64,000 bases of DNA, from the NCBI GenBank assembly GCA_051362555.1, contig CM120640.1, positions 68,612,788-68,676,787 of the forward strand, read 5' to 3'. The stretch comes from Lingula anatina (lineage: Eukaryota; Animalia; Brachiopoda). Shown here in pieces: positions 13,701-25,972 of the stretch (positions within the stretch are counted from its first letter, which is position 1; every line of letters begins with the position of its first letter). The notes below the pieces were generated by a model. That model was not told the origin of the DNA. It searched no databases and saw nothing but the letters and a program-made list of their open reading frames with translations. Position numbers and translations under genes: made by a program.

Positions 13701-15805
13701 TGATGGTTTTGAGGTTTGCATGTTTTTGTCTCTGGTTCTATTCTTGATAAATGATGAAAATTAAAGGTTGCAATAAGATTATTCTTGGATTCATTCACCA
13801 GAAATGTGACGGGGTTAATTCATTGTAGCAGAATTTTGGGCTTGGCCAGTTTGCTCAAAGAAATTAATATATTCATTTTTGTAAGACATTCATGTTTATA
13901 TAATATAGCTACATGTATGAAGTGGTATTTTAAATGAAGTTGAGAAGGGGGGGCACCTATTTCCACATAGGTCCATTTCACACCTGACATCCTGAGAAGA
14001 GTGCGTTATCCTTTTTTGCACTGCAGTCATCAGTGGACTGAGATACCAATTTATCAATGTGCCTAGTAGTCCGAAACCTCATTAACCAGTCAAATATCTG
14101 TTTTAAACAAAGAAATTCCATTAGTTCAGCAACAAACTGTATGGTCTCCAGTGACCCATTAGGCTGATTGTGTGGTCCATTTAAAACATCATGACAAAAT
14201 TCTGTTAATTGTGACAATTTGTGGGATTTTAGGCAGAACCATCCCTGAAACATTTAAGGGCTTAAACAATTTCCAGAATTAACCAACTTGCATCTATTGA
14301 CCCATTATCCCAAAATACTGGAAAGATTATGTTTAAGACTGTCAAGACATTTTCTTAATGTCACTTGAGCTAAATGAGTGGTAACAGGCAAAGTTTTTAT
14401 TTTCTTTGCTGGTAATTGTGCAAAATTTGTGTTTGAGCAGTAAATAAAATTTTTAAAAATAGTAGGGATTTGAAATATAATTATAAGCCTAGGTACCTAA
14501 ATAAAGGTTTTTAATTTTTTCAAGATAAATTTCCCATAAATTATATCTTTCTATACAAAGCTAAGACCCAATCATCTTTTTAGAACTTTATTAAAATTAA
14601 TCAAATTTATTTCAAATGTTTAACAGATAATACGCTTTGCATTTTGATGTTCCATGTTGACTGAATAACGCAGAAATGTACAAAGTTTGGATGATTTCCC
14701 TGGCAGATTGCATTGGCATATGCTTTGTAGCTGCTCCAGAGGTTCTGTTCCCAATCATTTTGTTGGCAGATAGGGTCAAAGCTTTAAAAATAATTCAAAA
14801 TTTACCTGTGGACCAACGCATATTCTGATGAGAGGCGAAAAAAGTCAGGAGACCTTTAAAAAAAGCTATGAATTTCTGTCCTTTTATTTTCTACCCATCT
14901 ACCCTTTACCGGACCAATGAACCTAACAACTGCAGAAACACAGGTCTGTCCAGTTTTGGAGGAAAAATTGTTTGTGGCACTATACTTTTCTAAAAAGTTA
15001 AAGTTAATTCAGTGCATTTCTTTGTGTTAAATCCTGTAAAACTACTGTTATTTTGTTTCACCATAAAAATTCAATTGCAAGTAAAAAATGATCATTATGG
15101 TGTATTCTTAACTTTTAAATGGCAAACTTTTAAGCTACACTGTTATAAACCAGGAAAAAATATATCAGTACCATCCATATTTTTTCAAAAGCTATTTGAA
15201 ACGCCCACCATTCAATGCCAAACTGCCTGTAGTATTGAGAATTTTTCAAAAATTAAAAAAAAAAAAAAAAATTAATATAAAAAACTTCCTGTGTTTCTTT
15301 AGTGCTTACTCTATTTAATTAATAGTATTTATTACAATAAAAGTATAATGAAAAGATACAAAACTATAGGTGCACATGAAAATTATTTTTAGAACAACAT
15401 AACAGCCAACCAGGTACCCCACACAATATTTTTAAATGCATTTAGAAAAACAATAAACAAGGTAAATGAAGCTGAAAAAGAAGAAAAGCTCCAGTATAAA
15501 GTAGTAAAATGGAATTTATTTACAGTAAATATGGTATATATAGTAGGTTTTCAATATGAAATCATTCTCTATGTATTTTTGTTTCGGTGTTCAGGAGGCA
15601 TAGGGGGTTAACTCCATTGAAAAAAGGAGTCAAATTTAGTTCACCACTAACAGAAACGTTAATGCAAACCTCGCCCCAATATTTCTTTGTTAGTGGGCCC
15701 TCACCCCATGTTAATTTTGGGTCATATAAATAGACACGTGCTATCATACCAAATCAAAATTTGGCTTGATCGACTTAAAAATACGAAAAGATGTACTTTT
15801 ATATT

Positions 15806-15807
<2 letters not shown>

Positions 15808-15860
<53 letters not shown>
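15808..15860. repeat. (AT)n microsatellite
   Basis: Perfect AT run. Confidence 0.97.
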
Positions 15861-15863
<3 letters not shown>

Positions 15864-16596
15864 TCAGTTGAATAAAAGTTTCTTTTTGTATCAATACAAA
15901 GATTTTATGACATTTCATTTTAAAACATTGTAATAAGTGCAGCATATAAGTGACACAGTGGAGGTACCAGGGTACTAAAAAATATATGTGTGCTTTCTTA
16001 CATGTATGAGCTAACTGCATATCAAGTTATACGCATAATAACGAAAGATTGGTTCGAAATTGATTGGTCAAAAGGAGCTTTGAGAACAAAGAGACAAAGG
16101 CATAGTAACCTCGTGAATTATGGAAATTAGCATTTTAAAGGAAAGAGTGATTCCATTGTTTGCCAATGGATCAATTTTATCTTTGTGAGGCAAAATTGAT
16201 TAGTTTCGATCTATTGTCAGATGTGAACTAAGATATCATCTCATTGCACAATACTTCTTTTTCGTTATTGAAGACTATCTTTGTTTCACTTTCACCGGTC
16301 GCTTGACGAGGCAGAAAAACTTGTTTAGTACAATTTACTCTGTTGGGCACGTAGACTGAATAAGAACCTATTTTGGGTGGTGACTTGCGAACTCTTAGAT
16401 GAATCATGAAAAATGGTTTTTAATCCAATGTCTTTTAGTATTTAGTGTCTTGATAGATAGTGAGGTGCAGGCACGATCGCCCATTTTGGTATTCAGGTGC
16501 TTATTTCTCAGTGGATTGTTGAAAAATGCATAAACATATACCGCCAGGTGTACTTTCCTAAATAGGGTCAAATGGCACATGGCCTAGTGCTGCAAA

Positions 16597-16763
16597 GCCA
16601 CGCCCACCGTCTGCTCTCTCGACCAATGAGTTGGCTCAAATGTCTTTGTGCGCAAAGGATTCTGGGGAAAATGACATCATCGCACCATATTGCCCCAGTA
16701 TTTGAGCAGGAAGAGGCAGAGTTCAACAGCCGCGCCGTAGCAGCACGGCCTAATGTATATAAA
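16597..16763 (+). promoter_or_regulatory. Putative MEX3 proximal promoter
   Basis: Sp/KLF box gccacgcccacc at 16597, CCAAT at 16623 and TATATAAA at 16756-16763, about 50 nt before the conserved ATG. The region is locally CpG-rich. Confidence 0.5.
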
Positions 16764-16814
16764 CGTCTTAAAGGCTATATTTTTATAGATTTTAGTAGTA
16801 TTTGTAGTCCAGAG

Positions 16815-17034
16815 ATGCCGGCTAGTCTGTTAACAGATGTATCTACGAACGGTGGCGGTCTCGAAGACCAAAGAGCACTACAGATCGCACTGGAGCTCTC
16901 TATGTTAGGGATAAATGACGGAGGTCTGAACTCGCCTTTCGACGAAAACAAAGGGTCGAGAAAAAGCGCCAATGTTACCGAAAGTGTGCCAGTCCCTAGT
17001 TCAGAACATGTTGCAGAAATTGTCGGCAGACAAG
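16815..17034 (+). CDS. MEX3: RNA-binding E3 ligase MEX3, coding exon 1
   Basis: Starts MPASL, with [14 protein letters not shown] and [24 protein letters not shown], typical MEX3 N-terminus and KH1 start. Donor CAAG|gtgggt, phase 1. Confidence 0.93.
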
Positions 17035-17227
17035 GTGGGTTTTCTGTGATAGCTATGTTCACTTTAACGTTTAAATCTGACAAGTTATCACATTAATGCT
17101 ACACAAAGCTATTGTTTCGTAGTTGATAAGAGGCCGTGTGATATGTAAATAGGGGGAGTGTTTTGATCGAACACGTCATGCTTGAAATGAAAATACAATG
17201 ACCCTTTGTTTACATTTCGTCTTGTAG

Positions 17228-18513
17228 GGTGCAAAATCAAAGCTCTTCGAGCCAAAACCAACACTTACATTAAAACTCCGGTGCGAGGCGAGGAGCCTGT
17301 CTTTGTTGTAACAGGAAGGAAGGAAGATGTAGAGGCTGCCAAACGTGAAATTCTCTCTGCTGGTGAGCATTTTAGCCAAATTCGTGCCAGTCGTCGTAAT
17401 AACAGCAATGGCAATGTTACCACTGGAACAGGAACCCCAACGCCCCCCGGCCCCCCTAGTCCCACCACGCCAGGTCAAGTGACAATCCAAGTGCGAGTGC
17501 CATATCGTGTGGTTGGGTTAGTTGTTGGCCCCAAAGGTGCTACCATCAAAAGAATCCAACAGCAAACCCACACATATATCGTCACTCCAAGTCGTGACAA
17601 AGAACCCATATTTGAAGTTACAGGGCTACCAGAAAATGTGGAGAAGGCTAAGAAGGAAATAGAAAGCCACATTGCAATGCGCACAGGTGGTGTGCCTATG
17701 GATCCTACTAATGATGAGAACGACTTTCACACAAATGGTATTGATTCAGGCTTCCATGAAATGAATGATTTTGCTGCCTTCTATAAGCATCATCCCAATT
17801 CTGCATTCAGCTCATATACCAGCAGCAATAACCTGCAAAATGAACAGGAAGGCAGTATCTTCAGCTTCCCACCACCCCCAATTAATGGTACTACGTCTAC
17901 CACCTCCAAATTGAACGAATTCAATCTCAACGGGTTTGGTTGCAATGGTTTCACCAATGGTCTCACGAATATCTATGACAACGATGAAGGGTTTGGATCC
18001 CCATCTTTTGATCCAGTGCCACTTCCTGCTTCCATTTGGCCTGATCTCGGGGAGCCGTCAGCACCCCTATTTGGCAAAACTTCGCCCTCCGCATCCTTGC
18101 CACATCGCAGCAGCAGTGTGAGTGGAGTTGTTACACCACGTCTCTCGCCCACTCTCACAGATTCCAGTTCCCCGGAACAACACCAGTCTGTGCGACGTAT
18201 GAGGAGCGATCCTCTCAATGGTGGGCTGGCGGCCATGCCAAATTTTGCTCCATTACCTACCAATGGCTTCCCCGCTACCTCAAGTAGCAGCATTTCTAGT
18301 GCGACTTCCACTAGTCCAGTCGATACAAATGCATTGCCTCGACGCAGCTGTTTTGTGTGCTCCGACAGTGATGTCGTCGCAGCTTTGGTGCCCTGCGGTC
18401 ACAATCTCTTTTGTATGGAGTGTGCCAATCTCATTGTCGAGAAGCCTGACACTAAACGTCGGTGCCCCATTTGTCAGCAAGTTCCTACTCAGGCTATACG
18501 CATTATTTCATAA
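17228..18513 (+). CDS. MEX3: MEX3 coding exon 2 (KH1 remainder, KH2, C-terminal RING)
   Basis: Acceptor cttgtag|GG TGC restores [23 protein letters not shown]2 is [26 protein letters not shown] and the RING is CFVC...[12 protein letters not shown]...CPIC. Stop TAA at 18511. Joined CDS is 1506 nt (501 aa). Confidence 0.97.
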
Positions 18514-19350
18514 TGGATACTCTTGCATTCAGTGTATTACAGGCATTATATGAGATTATGGTATAAATACTTATTCTAAACTTATTGCAAATTGATAATG
18601 GACTAAAACCAATAGAGTTTATACAAATGTTAAAGTATTAAGATAAATATTAAAGAACAGACAGCTACAATATTTTATTCTTACAAAGTACTCTTGTTTC
18701 ATATGAAAGATTTAAAGATATGTCAAAAATTTTATTATTATACTTGTTTCACTTTAAAGATTATTTGTATATGGTTTAGCTGGGTTGGAGCTTTATGTAT
18801 GGTGTCTGTATGATTGTTTTGCCAAGTTGTTTTTTCATGCATTTCCTTTACTCATCATCCTTAATTATTTAATCATCCGCCAAGTCATTCAGTTAAGAAC
18901 GGGACTTCCAGATTGTGAGGTTTGGTTTTAAATATTTATATTTTACCCATACAAATGTATTTTATAGTCAATGAAAAATAGACCTTTATTTTATTCTATA
19001 TTGTCAATGAAGCCTTAAAAGGCAAGTGAATGTGATGATCAAAATGCTATTTATGCTTTCTAATGCATATTATTTGTATGAATAGCAAAACTGACAACAA
19101 TTAATTTGTTGCACAACCATAGTTTAGTATTTTCTATTTTAATATTATTATTTATCACAATTCTGTGTATGTAGGTGTGTGACTATGGAACCCAAAGTAA
19201 AGATTAAGATGCAGAGTTTAAAGTTAAATACAAAGATATTTTATTTTGTTAGGCTCAGCTAATAAGAGCCTGTAACTAATATTATATTTGTGGAGAGTAA
19301 GAAAAAAAGTATAAAAAAAAGAATTGTAAGAGTTTTATTTTTCTGGCATT

Positions 19351-19356
19351 AATAAA
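19351..19356 (+). terminator. Candidate MEX3 polyadenylation signal
   Basis: AATAAA about 840 nt after the stop, at the end of an AU-rich 3' UTR-like stretch. Confidence 0.45.
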
Positions 19357-22300
19357 AGTTGTATTTCAAAATACCTCACCTGTTTATATGATGTCTATCG
19401 TGTAACACACTTCTGTAAAAAGAATCATTTACTGTACCAAGGCTGAGGCTTTTGGTATTTTGTTATATTAGTGGCAGGGGCTCCTGATGAGTTGCACTGT
19501 GGTATTTTCACTATCTGTCTGGTAATTCTACTCCAACAGGCTAAGCTATACTGTGAATATAAATTAACCAAGCTTGTAGCTTCCTATATATGGGAGTACG
19601 CAGCTGTCCTACTTCTCTTGCCTTTCAATCTTAACACAGAATTGTGGCTTATGAATTTTTGATAGCATTTTTTCCTGCTGAGAAGTTTATGGAAGTCTTT
19701 AAAACTGCAGCTGTTGTTGGATTTGAATCCCATGTGGATTATTAGTAATCAGAGGAGCATCTAGTTGGGGATTGACAAATAAAGGTGTAGGCCAAAGGAT
19801 GGAAGGCACCTGAAATATTTCATCTTCAGTACTAGATCTCCTTTTACTAGATTTACAACATGAAATGGGGCCAATTCCAAATTTGGCAATCTCAGCGACT
19901 TTTGCTAAGCTTACTCAAGTCTTCCATGAAAAAAAAAGACTAGGCCAGGACCAGCTCTCTTAGTTTGTCCAAATTAACTTAGTATGGCTGTACATGGTGT
20001 TCTTATTACCTGAGAAAGGTGCTGTTTACCCCATGGCTACTTGCAGTGTTTTTGGTAGGTGCTGTGCAATAGGCCACTACTTGTGTTGGAAGAGATGCAG
20101 GGGAAGGAAAAAAATGATGCTCTATCTCTTGGGCACTTGCTTCTAAATCAAGATTAATCCAAGCAGTATTTACTATCCAGATTATTGATCAAATCCAAGG
20201 AACACTTTCATTTAGCCTGTTAAATTACAGAATGCAAAAGGCATTTCAACTTTCATTAACTTGGGCTGATTTCCACCTTGGATTAAAGCCCGTGTTGATG
20301 TCTGACCTAGACGGTTTTAATATGAATAAATAATGTAGTACTGCAGAATATTTGAGAAAATAACAAATATGCAGAGCGGCGTGGTAGTTTATAGCACAGT
20401 GCATTGTTACATTCCCATGTGGTAACAGTCTGTGTTCAGAGAGGCATCTTCTCCATTATCTCCCACTGCCAAAGATTACCATGCTCTCACCCAGGCCAGG
20501 CAAGACTGTAATAAACCATTGGTGTATTGTGTAATGCAGCAGCAACGATGTTTGATCCCTTTGCCATACTAGGTAACTGCTGGTGGATAATAATTGCCCT
20601 ATGTATTTTCCCCTAATATTTTGATCTAATTCAGTTGTAAATAGATTAAGGACTCCTGGTTTAGAAAAGCTATAGATTAATAGATATGTATGCATGTCTG
20701 GTTAGATATTTCACAGATCTCTTAAATGTTGAATATGATCCACTGCTGTTGAACATGAAATCTTTTCTGCACTTCTTTAAAGAACCCAATGAACACTTCT
20801 TGATTTTTTTTCTTTTAAATTCGGGGTCCAAAAGCATTTTGATAAGGTAACAATAATAAATTTGTTGTTTAGCCAATGGAAAAATCTTATTTAAGGAACT
20901 TCTTTTCTTGGCACTCGTTCTTGGCAGTTGAAAGTGTTTCCTTTCTTTAGCTAGGCCCAGGAAGAGCCTTGTCACTTACAATAATATATGGGAATAACAG
21001 TCTTTGTATGGGCTGGCATTATTTTGCTCAGGATGATAAATTTGAGGCACATAAAACAGAATCACTGGAGATCTCCCTTTCCTCATATATTTCAAAACAA
21101 TCCCATTTGCTATTCAGAGCATTTCTAGTGTCAGTGCAGTCTTATGTAACCGAATATAAAACTTAAAGTCATGCTCAGGATGGTGTGACAAAAATCTACT
21201 CCTGCTGTACTAAGAAATGTGATATTTGCATGTGATGAAATTGTGTTATTTGGAGGTGAAAGTCTAAAAAATGAGTGATCTGGGAACTGCAGTGATGTTT
21301 ACTAGTACTTGTTTCTATGTGGAACATCTACGCAGTAATTACTCAACAAAAATAAAGATGAGATCAGCACTTTTGAAAAAGATAACACTTTATTTATTCT
21401 TTGATATTAAACTAGAACGCTGATGAAATAAGCATACAGTTCCTTTAGGAGCAAAAGCCTCAGATATACCCGTTAAGGTGGGCTCCAGTTTTTCATGTGT
21501 CACCACACTGACAAAATTGAAATTAAAAGAATATTTTTTTCAAATAAAAAAAGTTAATAAAGATGACATTAAGAACTATGTAATAAAAGTATGAGACATT
21601 GTTTTATTGCCAAAAATTATAGTTATCTCAGTACACTCAATGAGTAACAGACCAAGAACATGACACCCTTTAATCAGGATAAGGTTTGGCATCCTTTTCA
21701 GTTTTTTTTATTCTCTGACAAGTGACCACAATGAAGACAGCCTAAAAATTTGAATTAAAGTATGATCACACAACTAAGATATTAGGACAATTAGATAGAC
21801 ATAAAGATAGGTAACTGGAATAATTTTCCATCTCCTAGAGTAAATTTGACTGTAAAGATGAATCCATGGGCCTAGCAATCCTAGAGCCATGAAATGTCAT
21901 GTAGACAGCCCAATTGAAAGTAAAAGTACTTTTCCACGGGATATTGATTGTAACAGGAATCCATTTTAATTGACATTAATCATATATATGATAGGATGTG
22001 CACCCATAAAACCATGGTTTACCAGTAGAATTATCAAATAATTTAGATAGAATGATGGAATTTTAGGTAAATGGCTATGGTGGACAGGTATCACAGGTGA
22101 TCAGACCATGTAATATGGTTCATAGTCTCAGGTGATAAATGCAGGAGAGCAAGGTTAATATGGGCCCGATTGCTTGCCAGTCTAGTTATATAATTTATAC
22201 ACAAAATACTGCTATAGTTAGAAGGGCTGCTGGAAAAAAATGCTTTTCTTGGATATCTTGTGACAAATATGACAAAGAGCACCTTTATAACTTCCAGTTG

Positions 22301-23804
22301 TTTTGTGTGTCAATAGCTTTTAAAAGTGAATAATAAGTGTTCCATCGAAGACTTTGAAAAAAAAAAATTGGGCACAGCGATTTTTTTCATCCATTTTGGG
22401 TCCAGTCTGCTCATTCACCCCAGTGTATTATCAATGTTAAGAGCCCATGGCCAGAACTATTGTAGCAGGGGTAGTGGTGTTAATCTCTTATCTGGCTGTG
22501 TACTTGTTGTGGTAGACTATCCTCTCTTTTGTTGCCCTCCATGACTGGTGACTCAGCACTTGCGGAACCTAGAAAAAAAATAGAGCACAATTCACTTAAT
22601 GATCCATCAAAGCGAATCTACTCACACCAACTGCTGGGCTGATGAACTGATAGACACAGAGGCCAAGCCACTGCTTAACTTTAAAAAAAAAGTGGGGAAA
22701 TCATGCAGCTCCAAAGATGAAATGCAGTAGCTGTGAAAGCAAAAGGGGGTAAAAACCACTGCTTGAAGTTGCACTTTCAGAAGTGGGTATTGGCCCAATA
22801 GAAGGATTCCAAAATCATGAATGCCCAAACATAGATATCCTGCCTCACTGCAGGACACTCCAGTCTTTATAAAGATGACCATGCTCTATCTGTTATGTCA
22901 TGTTTGTTAATCCTTTAAGGGTCACGATGATATATGTGATGTGGATTTAAAAATGTTTTTGCAAAGCAAATCACATTTTGAAACAGGTAACGGCACATTT
23001 TTACTCAATGACGTAATTGGAAAACCTGAATATCAAGCCTTCATATCTATTTTAGTCTGTACTGAGAATGGGAATAAGATGTCTGTGTCATGTCCCAAGG
23101 ATGTTTGCATATCTAAGAGGGAAAATAATGTAATGGCCCTATCAGTTAAAAATACCGGATATATGGCCATTATAGCAAACAAAACAAGTTTACACAAACT
23201 ATAGAGAACTGGATAAGAAATCTGTACACAGGTCAAAATCAAAATTTTAAATATAAGTATTTAAATTGTCATTTGAAGCCCAATCAGTATGCCATAACTG
23301 CTTAATAAATATGACTTAAGAATTAAAAGATATAAGTACGCAAGTTGGATTATATTTAAAGGACATTTTAAAATTCAAATTCTTTTCGTGCAATATTTTT
23401 ACATATTCCAAAATTTCTTATCAATTTTATCAGCTGGGGATGCTATTTACTTGAACTAACACTCACTATCTAAACCAAAAGTAACTGTTTACAGAGAATT
23501 ACCCAAAAGAAATCAATTTTACTTACATTTTTATTTTGATGGAACAATAAAATAGTTTGTTCCTTTTTCACTTTGAGAAAATGAAAAGGAGAGTATGTAT
23601 AGTCATATATTGCACACAATGTGGAAAATATCTGGGTTTTTTATTAGTAATGGCACAACATTAGGCTGTTTGAGCAGGAAATATCATGGGAAAGTCCTTG
23701 AGTCAGTGTGATTACCTGAGGCCCATTGGATTTTTTTTGCTGAAGATTGTTTACTGCCAGAGCTGGTTATCAAAAATCTAGGTTTTTACAGGCATGACTG
23801 ACCA

Positions 23805-23843
23805 AGCTGGACAGTCTCTAGCTGGACAGTCTCTAGCTGGACA
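23805..23843. repeat. 15-bp tandem repeat x2.6
   Basis: agctggacagtctct repeated. Confidence 0.9.
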
Positions 23844-25740
23844 AAGGGAAACATTGCACTGCACTCACACAGTACTTTAACCAGCCCCTCCAATGAGCCA
23901 TTGTATCGTGCAGTTACTTAAGACATGGTCGAGGCTTGAAGGAAAGAAGATACTTTGATATATGCACTAATGATATACTTTTGCCATAATTTTCATGGGT
24001 TGTGGATCAGTAACAACCTACAAAAGTACAATGACACACCCATTCTGAGAGCTAAAGTGACGATTGAAATTCTTCGATACTGCTTTTAAATACATCTCAA
24101 ATGAATTAGAGAGAAAAAAGAATTCTGATAATGCTTTAAGATGACAAAGTGTTTTTCTTCTCTTGTACTTACAGCTTAAAATATGAGGACCTTTGTCTTG
24201 TGCAACTTATAAAAGATATCTATTAAAACACTTATAAATCATTATGAAATATTCCTTACTGTACTATTAAAGATGTTATTAATATGGCCCCTAATTTTTT
24301 TTTTTTTTTTTTTTTTGGTATGGGACAGACTAATGAAAATATTCCTCACATCATTAAATATGAGAAAAAGCAGTGAGCAGCATTCACTTTAAGGGATAAC
24401 AACTATTCATTTTGGCCAAAAAATGAATTTTCCTGGGGTAAACAGCAATTTTCCCATACTTACCAATGGTTAATGAATCCATTTCTACATTCAAAGTTAG
24501 TCCCTGTTTTTTTTTTTTTTTTTTTTTTTCTCAAAAGTTAGTTATATACAGACTATAGCCATCTATGGAGGTCACATGGTCAAATGGCAAGCACAGATTT
24601 CAGATTTACTGCTATAATTGCGGTTTTTGTGGTAAAATAGAATTATATCCTCTTTCTATAAGTTGTTTACAATGTATTTATTAGGAAATATAGATCTAAT
24701 ATGAAGAGTTATCCCTTTAACTGAGACATAAAATTTGGCAATCCTCAATGCTATAATGTGGTGTAAACGGAGGCTAGGAAACAGCACTTAACAAGATCCT
24801 TCATATAGTAAAGACCATGAAAAAATAGCTTCATCTAGTCTTTCCTAAAATATTTATTTCGTAATCCATGTCTGAAATACCAAACCCACCTCCCATCCCA
24901 CTTATTTCCTCTAAAAATACATAAGAAAGCAAAAGTGGACCTGAGTCAACGTGATGTGCATTCATTGTATTTTTGGATATATTGCTGCATGAATAATATG
25001 CTGAAACCAAAAAAAAAAAAAAAAAAATTAAAATTTGAAAAAAATAAATGTTATACTTAATGCTCATAATTCAATCCATTATGCACAAACTGAGAATTTT
25101 TTTGTGATTTAACCCCCTTTATTAGACAACCCCTTCCTTAATGACAGAATAAAAGGACTCAAGAGGGTATTGTTTAAAGCTTAATCACCAGACAAAGAGA
25201 AGCAGATTTCACTTTTAATGAATGTATCCACATCTGTTCTGCAATAGAGAAACAAAGGAAAGGAAACCTCCTTCACTCACCTGGGCAGATGTTATGAATA
25301 TTAAGGCATGAATCATGCTATAATGTGACAAACATATGTACCCATCTGTACACTTGTGTAACACAAGACGGGAATCTCTAAACTACTTAAGATTAGAATA
25401 TAACACTTAATAGATTTCATGAATAATATTTCCTTATTATACTGACCTTTTTTTTCACTTTTTAAATATGGTCATTATTTTGCTTACATTTAATTTAAGT
25501 TGCCTTATTTTCATATCATCAGTTTTAACAAAGATTAATCTTTTTTATCAGTTTATAGTTTGTCAGTAGTGTGTAAATACTAGGCCCCAATATATATACA
25601 TAAATTGAGTCCTAGGTAAATATAACATTTAATCCTGTCCGTCCAGTTGCATCTGTTGGGCAACTCCTCTTTTGTGTAGGGGAGGGCTTATTGCTTGTCA
25701 AGGACAACCCTAGGTGGCAATAAATACTGGTTGCAGAAAA

Positions 25741-25972
25741 GCCCAGTTCCCATAGACAGCATAGGTCTACCTGGATCGACCCAACTCTGCGGAGACTCTT
25801 GCTGACTGCAATCAGCTTGACTGAATGACACGCCTCCTCCTGACGTTAAGGAGAATACAAAAATGCTGATGACTAAACAAGTAGACTGGAAACAAGAAGA
25901 GGCTTGTCATTCATTTAAGCTGATTGCACTTAGCGAGAGTCCCCCACAGAGTGAGGTAGATCTAATGGAGCT
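25741..25972. mobile_element. Palindromic MITE family B, copy 1
   Basis: Long imperfect inverted arms (gatcgacccaactctgc..tgcaatcagctt..gaatgaca versus tgtcattc..aagctgattgca..cagagtgaggtagatc). Related to 54118-54321 and 42367-42582. Confidence 0.75.

Noticed and set aside
1-16500. Short 60-105 aa ORFs in the upstream non-coding region
   Set aside because: Composition typical of random AT-rich DNA, many non-ATG starts, and no motifs or coherent exon chain.
17206-17227. ORF-track start MFTFRLV for MEX3
   Set aside because: Intronic polypyrimidine tract. The real exon starts at 17228.
16775-18553. Antisense and alternate-frame ORFs over MEX3
   Set aside because: By-products of the GC-richer MEX3 coding sequence.
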